DNA of 54,194 nucleotides, filler included, from Stramenopiles sp. TOSAG23-6 (lineage: Eukaryota), in NCBI GenBank assembly GCA_900128565.1. It is 2 parts of 2 records of this genome, joined end to end, with 100 filler letters (N's around TTAATTAATTAA, not from the genome) between each part and the next. Parts side by side here need not be neighbours in the genome. Positions count along the whole stretch, not along the records: positions 27,337 to 54,194 come from LT635983.1; 1 more part is not named here. The stretch is one strand, 5' to 3'. Position 1 is the stretch's first letter. Each line of letters starts with the position of its first letter. Under the pieces are notes generated by a model, which made no database searches, was not told where the DNA came from, and worked only from the letters and a program-made list of their open reading frames with translations. Below, piece after piece: positions 34,800 to 44,638 of the stretch. The translations under genes and the position numbers were made by a program.

Positions 34800-36524
34800 A
34801 TGGGGGGGAACATGGATAAGATGGCAGGTAAAAGCATCCGTCAGACGAAAGAAAAAGCTGCAAGACACTTGGTAAAAGTTAAGAAAGGTATCGCATGTGC
34901 AGTTACTCTTGGTATGTATGACCCAGCACATGTAATTATATGTGGTTCTTATGGTGTTGGAAAAAGCACATTTGTTCAACACATCACTGGTGAGAAAAAG
35001 TTTAAGAGGCACTGGCCAACATTAGGAGTCCAAATCCGTCAAGTTTATTACAAAAATAGGTGTGTTCATCTATGGGAGCTCGGTGGCGAAGAAAATATAT
35101 CCCGTAATTGGTCCCCATATGTCAAAGGTGTTAGTGTTATCATATTTATTGTTGATTCCTCTGATCACAAGTCAATACGTCCGGCAGGGAAAAAGTTGAA
35201 AAGATTATTAAAGGAAAATTTTGAAACAACAGGAGTTCCTGTATTAATTTTAGCCAACAAGCAAGATGCTCACAATGCACTTCATCCAAATACGATCACC
35301 CTGATGATGAATCTCCCACAAACTTTAGGTGAACCGGGTGTGAGACGCGCGTGGAGAATAGAAGGCTGCTCATGCCGCAAAGGAATTGGCGTAGAAGAGG
35401 GCTTCGAGTGGTGCATTGGCGACCAGCTTGAGGCTGACATGGAAGCGTTGATGCCATCTGTTGGTAGTCGCCTCAGAAATTTTCGTAACGACGCCAGAGA
35501 AAAACAAAGATTTTTGAAAGACTGGATTATCAATGAAGTTGATAAGGATGGAGATGGGAAAATTAGTCTTAAAGAGTTAAAAGAGGCAATGGCAAAGGCG
35601 CGAAAGGATTGGATTATAAAAGCTAAAGCAAAAAAGGAACAAAAGAAAAAAGAATTAGAAGATCTAAAGCGTATGTTAGACACTGATGGAGATGGAAAAA
35701 TTAGCCGAGCAGAACTGTTTGCTGGGATGCGCAAATTGAGAGATAAGAAGATGAAAGAGCTTCATGAATTGAAATTATTGGCTATATCCCTCGCAGATGA
35801 AAATGGTGATGGAAAAATTAGTGCTTCGGAAATGGCCCATGCAATGAAGCGAGCAACTGCAATCATGAAAGCTAAAGCTGATAAGGCACGCGCGAAAGCA
35901 AAAGCCTTACGTGAAGAAATGATGCGCGAACTAGATACTGATGGTGATGGTAGGGTTACTGTGGCAGAAATGAAGGCTTGGAAAAAGCGGAGAAATGAGG
36001 CCAATAAAAAAGCAGCAAAAAAAGAAGCTGCAAAGCAGAGGGATATTGCTAGAAGACTCAGGGAAAAGCGATTAGCGAAGCGTAGATTGAAGCACCCAAA
36101 TGATACGAGTAGTGCTAGCGATGAGTCGGAAATGTCTGACGTGGAACTTACTGCAAGTGATGCATCTGAAGATGAGGTAAACAATGATAGCGGGGATGAA
36201 GGATACTCAGATGAAGATGATGACGAGGATGAAGATGATGACGAGGATGATGATGATGACGAGGATGATGATGATGAAGATAGAGATATTGATGAGGGTG
36301 TTGATGAAGATTATACAAGTCAAATAAGCGAGACAAAAGATGGAGGCTACAGCGATGAAAATTCTAATCATTCAGAGAGTGAGACAAAAGATGGAAACTA
36401 TAGCGATTCTGAAAACTCAGAAAGTGATGAAAACTCAGAAAGTGAGACAAAAAATGGAGACTATAGCGATTCTGATCATTCGGAAAACTCAGCTACTTCC
36501 AGTGTCTTAGATAGTGATAGCTAA
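34800..36524 (+). CDS. ARF/ARL-like GTPase fused to EF-hands, coiled coil and an acidic tail
   Basis: GSYGVGKST, PTLG, WELGG, IFIVDSSD and LANKQD; four DxDGDGxI-type loops; D/E/S-rich tail. Confidence 0.85.
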   Translation: MGGNMDKMAGKSIRQTKEKAARHLVKVKKGIACAVTLGMYDPAHVIICGSYGVGKSTFVQHITGEKKFKRHWPTLGVQIRQVYYKNRCVHLWELGGEENISRNWSPYVKGVSVIIFIVDSSDHKSIRPAGKKLKRLLKENFETTGVPVLILANKQDAHNALHPNTITLMMNLPQTLGEPGVRRAWRIEGCSCRKGIGVEEGFEWCIGDQLEADMEALMPSVGSRLRNFRNDAREKQRFLKDWIINEVDKDGDGKISLKELKEAMAKARKDWIIKAKAKKEQKKKELEDLKRMLDTDGDGKISRAELFAGMRKLRDKKMKELHELKLLAISLADENGDGKISASEMAHAMKRATAIMKAKADKARAKAKALREEMMRELDTDGDGRVTVAEMKAWKKRRNEANKKAAKKEAAKQRDIARRLREKRLAKRRLKHPNDTSSASDESEMSDVELTASDASEDEVNNDSGDEGYSDEDDDEDEDDDEDDDDDEDDDDEDRDIDEGVDEDYTSQISETKDGGYSDENSNHSESETKDGNYSDSENSESDENSESETKNGDYSDSDHSENSATSSVLDSDS

Positions 36525-36667
36525 CAATAAACAAAGATATAATTTTATTTCTTGGTATTTGAAAAGTGATGACGTGTGCGTTCAAGTGTTGTATTGTATT
36601 GATACTTTAAGAGTAAAAACAGAAGTGAATTTGGATTCAGTATTTGGTGTTTCTTGCTTTTACTATA

Positions 36668-36742
36668 TCACTTCTATAAAGTCCAAAGATGGCTGTCTTT
36701 CTGAAAATTTAGTAGATGTCATAGACTGCTTTGTACCAGTAC
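36668..36742. repeat. 75-bp inverted copy of coding sequence 33874-33950
   Basis: Reverse-complement match with one 2-nt deletion. Confidence 0.9.
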
Positions 36743-36821
36743 CCGGTATCGGAACGTTTTTTTTGTACGCGTAACTGTTTAATTTACGATATAACCCAGT
36801 TTAGATATTGATATCATCAAA

Positions 36822-37280
36822 ATGGTAAGCGTAGAGGATACAGAATTACTTTGGGCCGAAGTTACCCAGATTGTCCAACGTAGTATCCAGCAATCATTAA
36901 ATTCAGTCGTGTATAGTCAAAATAATTTAGATGCATACACAAACAAGTGTATAGAAGGAATATTGACAGATTTACGCGAAGAAAAAAAGCCATTTAAATT
37001 TGCCGTCACAGTAATTCTTTCGCAAAAAGTGGGTGCTGGTCTAGTAACTTCAGGAACGTTTTATTGGGATCCTGAAACAGATGGGTGTTGTAAGATTACA
37101 TGGGAAAACGCAGAGCTCCAAGCTGTTATCACCGTATTTGCAATTTGTACTGAGCCTTTTGCAGAACATAGACCATCACGTAAAGATGTTTTGAAAATAT
37201 CTCTAAACCGTGACAATCCTGAAATAGCAAATAATTTTAGTAGTACGAATGAAACCAGCGATACAAGATTAAATCTATAA
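36822..37280 (+). CDS. Tctex-1 family dynein light chain
   Basis: KPFKFAVTVILSQKVGAGL...FYWDPETDG...WEN...VITVFAI. Confidence 0.9.
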   Translation: MVSVEDTELLWAEVTQIVQRSIQQSLNSVVYSQNNLDAYTNKCIEGILTDLREEKKPFKFAVTVILSQKVGAGLVTSGTFYWDPETDGCCKITWENAELQAVITVFAICTEPFAEHRPSRKDVLKISLNRDNPEIANNFSSTNETSDTRLNL

Positions 37281-37317
37281 TAAATTTGAAAAAGAAAGAT
37301 TTTTAGAATTATTTATA

Positions 37318-40300
37318 TTAACGTCTTCGCGTTCCCATGTGCATCGAACCTCCTTCGCCATCTTTTTTTTTCACTACTATTTTTGAAGCTTCCGTTCCAT
37401 TAGTTATTGTATGCCGTTCTTTTGTTTCTTCTTCAAGTAGATATTCTTCTTCTTGAGTCTGAGACATGAAATCGAAATGTGGCATTTGGCTGCCTATAGA
37501 TATTTTTTCTCGTAAATCTTTATGCGTCACGGGAAATATTTGAAAGTAAACATCTCCGCTTGCTTTTGCTGCAAGTTCTTCTTCTTCCATATCTAGCGAT
37601 TCATTATTCTTCAAAACAGTTTTTAGCATATCACCTGCTTGCTTCAATGTCTTATGGTATAAAACTTTCGGTACATCTTTTCGTATATTCATACACAATG
37701 TAAATAGAACATAAATAGCAGTAGATCCGTGTGGGTGAATTTCGAGAAGGTTTCGAAATGTGTCGATGGCATTAGACGGTTTTTTGACGAGAAATTCATT
37801 AGCAGTTGAAAATATTTTCAATTTTGGTGCAATACGCTTTCGAAAAAATCGATTATCTTCAGTAACAAAAACAGTTATTAGTTTCTTTAGTCTATCCGCG
37901 TCCCGTTTGACTTTGTCGAGGTCAGCAGGCATCATGTAAAATCGCTTAAATATGGACATTGTTGGCGCGTATAATGCACGAAAATATTTAATAGCAAATC
38001 TCTGAACAGCAATCGCAATTAATTTTTTAAAAAAGTAATCACAGAGCCACCGTTGGTATTCAGTAAATTTTTCATGTAAAGTTTCACAAATCAAATCAAT
38101 GTGATCATCGTTGGTTTCAGTATTTTCATCACGATGACTTCCCCATGACATGAACGTTTCCTTAAATACAGGACTGAGGAATGCGAAGGAGGAATCTAAC
38201 ATAGTAGAAATAGCAATAAGACCGCCCTCAAGAAATAAATGCGTCAAATCATGAAAATCAACTTCAAATTTCAACATAATAGGTTTGAGCGCTGATTGAA
38301 GACTATCTAATTCTTCCATACAAGAAAAACAATCGTTTGCATGAGCTGCTGCAAATCTCTCATCTGTGTTTGGACCCAATATTCTTATTTTTGATGATAT
38401 TGAGCTTTGATATTTATGTAATGTAGAAATGGCTATATGGAGCATTTCAGCAACCAGAGATTCAACTTGTGTCTCTTGTACGACTTTAACGTATTCATAT
38501 ATCAAATTAAATACATCTACAGGTGCCATCGTAAAAATTTGTCCCATTTCATTTGATCTATAAAATTCAGTATTATCCTGATTATCAGTATCTAATAACC
38601 CTTCAACTATTCGCGAAAAAAAATCATCAATCTCAGGCTTGGAGATTGAAGCATAACGAGTAATTAAATTATGGTAATCATCCTCAAGTTCCTCGGGTTG
38701 AATATGTAGCCTCTGTAATATATCAGTTCCACTAACAACATGGTTGAGCACAACATTATATTGTGACATGAAATGTATTAAAGCAATACACTCATCTTGA
38801 TCTAATTGATCTGGTTTTGAACATAAACATTGTATTTGATTCACTAATTGCATGTGGTAATAATTCAAGTAAAACATAAGAACATCAGTACGAGGCTGAC
38901 GTTTGGTATTTGTTTTTCCATCATTATTTCCTTTTACCAGTTTACACTCTCGAGATATCTCATCTAGATCTTCTAACAAACGACCACCAGCAGTTACAAG
39001 CCCAAATACATCTGGTGGTTTTTCTTTTGTAGATATTACTCCTGAAAATATATGTTCAAAACTTTTAAATACTGCCTCAAGTCTTTCTGCAGATGTACTG
39101 ATATCAAATCGCTCAATCCAAGAAATATGTGCTTTTGGACTGTCTAATGATGTTGGACTGTCTAATTTTGGCGGTGTTATTGAAGATTTATTACTTTGTC
39201 GTCCAGTATCTATCTCTAAATGTGTAGAAGGATTCATTGATATTTTCCTTGCCTTTTTTAGTGATTTCAACCATGCTTCCATTTCATGTCGGGTGTGTCC
39301 TTGAAGCCTGAATCCCCATTCGTAACCAAACACATCAATTTGTTTACACCCATCATAACTTTGCGCCCATTTTATCCACCTTACATGCTTTAAATATATC
39401 ATTTTTTGGTATGTTGTATCTGTCGCTGTTTTATATATATATAGAATGGAACCAGTAAGGCGAATAAATCTAATTAACCATTTATGTCCCTTGAAAGTAT
39501 CTTCTGCCCACAATTCAAGATATCCTTCATTAGTATGTTCAATATAATCACCATCTTCATTATTCCCATCGAATTTATCTAAATGTCCTGACGTAGCAAA
39601 TTCCTCACTAACGTTTGCTATAGTTCCATCCTCTGAAAGTTCGGTGCAACCTCGGGACACTAAAGATTTTATCCACTCTTCATACTCAACTTCATTTCTA
39701 GCTTGTGCTTCATATACATGATGATGAGATGAGCCCGATATTTCAAAGGAATTACGCGTAATTCCTATCGCAATCTTAACTTTCATTTCATCCTCTGACT
39801 CGTACATGTTATTATTTAATCGCCATACCAGAGAATTCTTCAATGAGATGCCTGTATTGATACTTTCAGTAGGATCGGGCATAAGTGGATACGAAATTCT
39901 TCGCCCAGCTTTGATATCTGGTCTATTTACAATACTGCTAATACTAGATTCAATATGACCTAAAAACGTCCTTCCGTGCAATGAATTTGAATCCCAAACT
40001 ACCACGTGAAGTACGGCATTAGCAATTTCATATACATCAAATTCAAATTCTTCATTACGCCATACTCCAAGTCCATTTTGAGACACAGTTGTGATATGCG
40101 TAGTTTGTTTTTCAAACTTTTGGTGATGATCGGTATTATTTTCTTCGATGTATTGTGAAAAAATATTTCAAAAAAAAATCGTTAGGTACGAAATTTCGTA
40201 TGAAAAAACAATTAAATTATAAATTCATATAAAACGTACATGAATACTTCAGCAAATACTCTTGGTGGACGATTTGCGTCTAAATGAAGCAATTCTTTAA

Positions 40301-42287
40301 TATCCATGATACACACTACAACTGTAGCATCACCTTGTTGATTATTACTCGTGTGGCCGTCTGAAATTTTGGGATTACCTGAGCCACTAGGACTTGACCA
40401 TCCACCCTCACGCGGGACGATTTGACAGCTAATCCCCAATTGGCCCGACACCCCATATTTTCTATGTTCGTCTCCTCTCTTGGGGAAAATCTGAAAGAAG
40501 GATTTTTTAAAAACACCCCATACATCTTTCCATTCACCAATGTGTGATTCTAAACCTTTTCGTCGGAAGCGAAGGTGGCCTTTAACCCGCATCCCATCAA
40601 GACCATAACAAGGTTCGGGTATAAACTCACAACCACTCTCTGCTAGTGCCTCTGTCCATTCTTCTAATTCTTTCATTTTGGGTGCTTGTAATGTATACAA
40701 CGCATCATTATAATCCGTTTGAATAACCCATGCGTTAGGTCTATTTTCTTCTTCTTCTAGATCTGGGCGAACATATTGTGAAGCACCAGATTCCAGAGAA
40801 ATATCAGTAATTTGTGCACTATAATCAGGTCCTAGTTTGCGATGTACTGTTATGAACTCCAGACCAACCATGCTTGATAAGCGAAATCTGCATTGTCCAA
40901 GAAAATCATCGTGTCCTATTTGGTCATAGTCATATACTGCAGCAAATAATACTGTGTTTGAAATATCTTGTACATGAAATCTAAAGTTTGCTTTGCCTTC
41001 TTTCCATCTTGGATGAATCGTCTTTCGAAGGGGTATAGACGATTGAACTCGAGATTTAGTACCATTTTCATCAACTGTCCAAAATTTTACATATGGGTCA
41101 GACGATCCATCTAAATCGGCAGCGATTAGATTGTTACATCCAATTAAATTAACTATTACATTCGCAGCAACTTTATCATTACTAGATATCTCATTTTCAC
41201 TATTATTTTTAATTATCTCTACATGTGTACGCAGAGTGATCCGCCCCTTTCCAGGTCTATTACGTTTGACATCATCTCGGGATGAATAAAAATGAAGTGC
41301 TTTGTGTTCTAATGTTACCCAATATCTTCTCCAACACGAAGTTACATTCTTTCTTTTCGAACGCATTGCAATATACCCTGAAGATCTCCAAGCGCTACAT
41401 GCCTGTAAAGATTCTGCAATAATATCTAAACCACTAATACGTTTTCGTAGTAGATCTGCCCACATTTCAGCTTCATCAGAGCTTTGAGCTTTTAATTTGA
41501 GATTACCTTGAGTTGCATGTTTTTCTCTTTTTTCATTTCTAATTTCTTCTTTCAATTTTCGTTTCTGTTCTTGGAATTCTTTTTTACGTTTTTTTTTCAA
41601 TTCTTTATCGGAGATTTTCGTTTCTATTGTAGACCCTGTTTTACCCACATCATCCGAGTAATTGTATTCCTTTGTAACAGCAACAGCTGTATTCTTCATT
41701 GCCGAGGCACCTTTCTGTCGAGCACAGGTAGCTGTTTTTTTGTCGAGGATGAGGGTTATTTCTTTTTTCGTTCTTTCGACTCGAAGAACTGCTCGAAGGT
41801 CTATTGTACCACATAGTTTTTTTTCGTCTACTTTTTGGTAATATGCCAAATAAAAGTTAACCGACTTGAACCATCTCTTTTGCCACCAACCCTTTGAACT
41901 TTGTTTTTTTAAATATCCTTCAACATTCAGCTCTTCAACTCGGTCTATAGTCAATTTTGAAACTCTTTTTTTTACTTGACTCTTCATCTTATCAGCTATT
42001 CTTGAAGCCGAAGCTATTCCCGATACGCTATTTGAGGTTGTAGATTCATGCAATCCTGAATTTGCTTTAGGTCTAGTTTGTGTTGAACTCAATAATATTT
42101 TGGAAAGTTTTGAAGCTTTACTGTTTAATTCAGGCGTTTTAACCTCGGGATTGATCGTCACAGTGTTCCATGTACCTCTCTCTTTAGCACTTTCACCGTA
42201 GTTTTGCCCATCTTTGATAGACAATTCAGCCTCCTTCCACTCATGTGGTCTATTACCTCTACTTCTAGGCTGATAAAACTTTGCCAT
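37318..42287 (-). CDS. Multi-PH/C2 protein with a C-terminal Sec6/EXOC3-like helical region; exons 42287-40240, 40147-37318 (1625 aa)
   Basis: PH motif EGYLKKQ..WWQKRWF; C2 motif LIAADLDGSSDPYV...VYDYDQIGHDDFLG; TMAPVDVFNLI resembles Sec6. Confidence 0.8.
40148..40239 (-). other. Non-canonical intron GT..AT (92 nt)
   Basis: ttcat|gtacgtttt...catacgaaatttcgtacctaac...aatattttttcacaatacat|cgaa fuses the 692-aa and 922-aa ORFs. Confidence 0.88.
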
Positions 42288-42404
42288 CACAATTGAATCA
42301 CAGAAATGTGTCCAACTGTGAGATACACGATCTCGATTAGATCTACGTACCTATACTCGTGAGTATGAGGATATAACGGTTGAAACAAGTTTTACCGGAT
42401 CGTT

Positions 42405-42418
42405 AAACCCTAACCCTA
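42405..42418 (+). promoter_or_regulatory. Telo-box-like AAACCCTAACCCTA
   Basis: In the divergent promoter region about 135 bp upstream of the rRNA methyltransferase ATG. Confidence 0.5.
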
Positions 42419-42548
42419 GGCTAGCCGGCCTCGCTAGAAAATGAAAAACGAAATTCACAAAATTCACATCTTCTCACACTGACTATATAAATATATAGTA
42501 CACAACTCCGTTGCAAGAATAAAACTAGTATTATTAACAAAGGCAACT

Positions 42549-44498
42549 ATGGGCAAGAAAAGTCGATTGCACTGTCGCGAAACGCGCAAAATGCGTTATG
42601 GCTCAGCTGGTCGAAAGTCTACACAAATGGTTACTTCATCTACCCTTAAGGAGCTTACAGTTGGTCGTCGAAGTCTTGCACTTGCTGCTCTTTCACGGAG
42701 TGTCGTTAATCCAAAGGCAATTGGTAAGACTTCTTGTACAAATTCAGCGATTGAATCAGCTAATCTTTATACAGATAAACAACGCATATTAACAGTTGGT
42801 GATGGGGATTTGACCTTTTCTCTTTCACTTGCATCTGTATTGGGTGGGCGTCGAATAACTGCTACAACTTACGATAGTCGGGCTGAAGTGTCATCAAAAT
42901 ACAAAGGTGTTGCAAGTACTATTCAGCAACTTTATGTAACCGGGGCCAGTGTTATCCATCGAGTTGATGCAATGTCGCTTGGTACATATTTTGAATCGAA
43001 AGATATTCAATTTGATCGTATTATCTTTAACTTTCCACATGTCGGAGGTTCTCAAGAAGAAGACATTGCACAAAATCAGTCGGTTTTACTCGGTTTCTTT
43101 AAATCTTGCCAAGATATCTTAGAACCTGTATCTGGCGAAATTCATTTATCTATGCGTCAAACACCGTTTTATGATTCATGGGAATACGATAAATTAGCAA
43201 GACTTTCAGGATTAATGAAATTACGTAGTTGTCCGTTCATTGCCAATCAATACGCTGGATACACTGCTGTAAGAACTCATCCGAAAGAGCGAAAAGCTCC
43301 AAGTACACAAGATGCTCTTGTACATATTTACCAAACGAATATCGATATTGGAGAAATGAACGGGTTAGATGAAAGCAATGATGAAGGAGTTAGTAATATG
43401 GTGAAAGCCGATGATTCTTCCCTTTCACCAAAGAAACAAATAAAACCAATCTCTAGAAAAAAGAAGTCGCATGTAAGTAAAGCAAAAAGTAAAAAAGAAA
43501 AGAAGCTAAGAAAAAAAGCTCTTGCTGCAGCAGCTGAAGCTGCTCGTCTTCCATTGATAAAAGTTCGTGCAGGCAGAAAAGACACTGTTGATATTAATAT
43601 GGCTGAAGATATTTGTGAAGAGGTTTTGAGTAATGTGAGTAATGTTGTTGATGATGAAGCTGAATCTATGTTTTCAAAATTAGATGATCAAGAAAATTAC
43701 CGGAAAAGTTCTGCAACTAAATATACAAAGCCCAAGAATGATATCATATCTGATGATATGACTATGAAAGACAAAATATCTGATGATACGACTATGAAAG
43801 ACAAAATCCATACATCGATCAAATTGAAGACAAACGAAATTTCTGAAATTGATTTAATAGATGCTCAAATAAAAGCTCTTAAAAAAACACGTGATGCATT
43901 GAAACGTTGTGCAAATATTTCAGATCCAGAGAAATCTAAATTTGATATTTGTGTTTTTAATAATAGAAAATCAAACTCTCAAAATGAATCAGAAGATAAA
44001 AATAGAAAATCAAACTCTCAAAATGTTTCGGAAGAGAAAAGTATACGAAATGCTAAAGAATTTCAACCTAACCAAAAAAAAAAGAGAGGCAATCGTATAA
44101 ATGAGATAACTACTCTCCAAGATGACATTATTCCTTTGACCGCAGAAGAGTTAGTTTCAGAAATTTATACGTCTAGTACTTCCGATATAACCCAAGAAGA
44201 TATTGACGAAGATGTAGCAGCAGAAGCTGCACTGGCAGCTGCTCTTGCTGCTGCTTCGAATAGAAAAAAAGTTGAATCAAAAAAACTTAAAAAATCAAAA
44301 AGGAAGAGAAGTGGTGTAATGCAAATTCACTCAGGTGTATTAAAATTACAACAACCTCCGAAGAGAAAAAAAAGAGTCCGTATAAGACATAAAAACGTCC
44401 AGGATAAAAAAGAAGAAATGAAAGTACAACATTCTTCTAAAACAAAACGCAGAGTTTCTGCTTGGATTTCTAAAGCTTCGAAAGGAACATTTAGTTAA
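42549..44498 (+). CDS. 25S rRNA uridine-N3 methyltransferase, Bmt5-like (DUF2431), with a long charged tail
   Basis: ILTVGDGDLTFSLSL, ATTYDS, VDA and FDRIIFNFPHVGG. Confidence 0.85.
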   Translation: MGKKSRLHCRETRKMRYGSAGRKSTQMVTSSTLKELTVGRRSLALAALSRSVVNPKAIGKTSCTNSAIESANLYTDKQRILTVGDGDLTFSLSLASVLGGRRITATTYDSRAEVSSKYKGVASTIQQLYVTGASVIHRVDAMSLGTYFESKDIQFDRIIFNFPHVGGSQEEDIAQNQSVLLGFFKSCQDILEPVSGEIHLSMRQTPFYDSWEYDKLARLSGLMKLRSCPFIANQYAGYTAVRTHPKERKAPSTQDALVHIYQTNIDIGEMNGLDESNDEGVSNMVKADDSSLSPKKQIKPISRKKKSHVSKAKSKKEKKLRKKALAAAAEAARLPLIKVRAGRKDTVDINMAEDICEEVLSNVSNVVDDEAESMFSKLDDQENYRKSSATKYTKPKNDIISDDMTMKDKISDDTTMKDKIHTSIKLKTNEISEIDLIDAQIKALKKTRDALKRCANISDPEKSKFDICVFNNRKSNSQNESEDKNRKSNSQNVSEEKSIRNAKEFQPNQKKKRGNRINEITTLQDDIIPLTAEELVSEIYTSSTSDITQEDIDEDVAAEAALAAALAAASNRKKVESKKLKKSKRKRSGVMQIHSGVLKLQQPPKRKKRVRIRHKNVQDKKEEMKVQHSSKTKRRVSAWISKASKGTFS

Positions 44499-44638
44499 TA
44501 AAAAAGTACAACAAAAATCAATTTTACCTTTTTGTTGAAATTATAAAATAAAAAATCATGGAATTATCTTTGTTTTTATTTTTTTTACTGTATAAACTTT
44601 TAGATACATACTTTGTGATAATATCATTCAATCATATC

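Noticed and set aside
3-40239. Standard U12-type AT-AC introns
   Set aside because: The donor lacks the RTATCCTT consensus, the CTAAC lies 34-50 nt from the end, and several copies would start with TT, AG, GC or CG. A divergent minor-type mechanism is not excluded.
3-40239. Alternative genetic code or stop read-through explaining the split ORFs
   Set aside because: Breaks coincide with element copies and usually change frame; long ORFs end normally at TAA, TAG or TGA.
3-40239. Ciliate-type internal eliminated sequences removed at DNA level
   Set aside because: All genic copies are in the sense orientation with a GT donor and branch-like motif, and the boundaries are not TA. This fits RNA splicing better.
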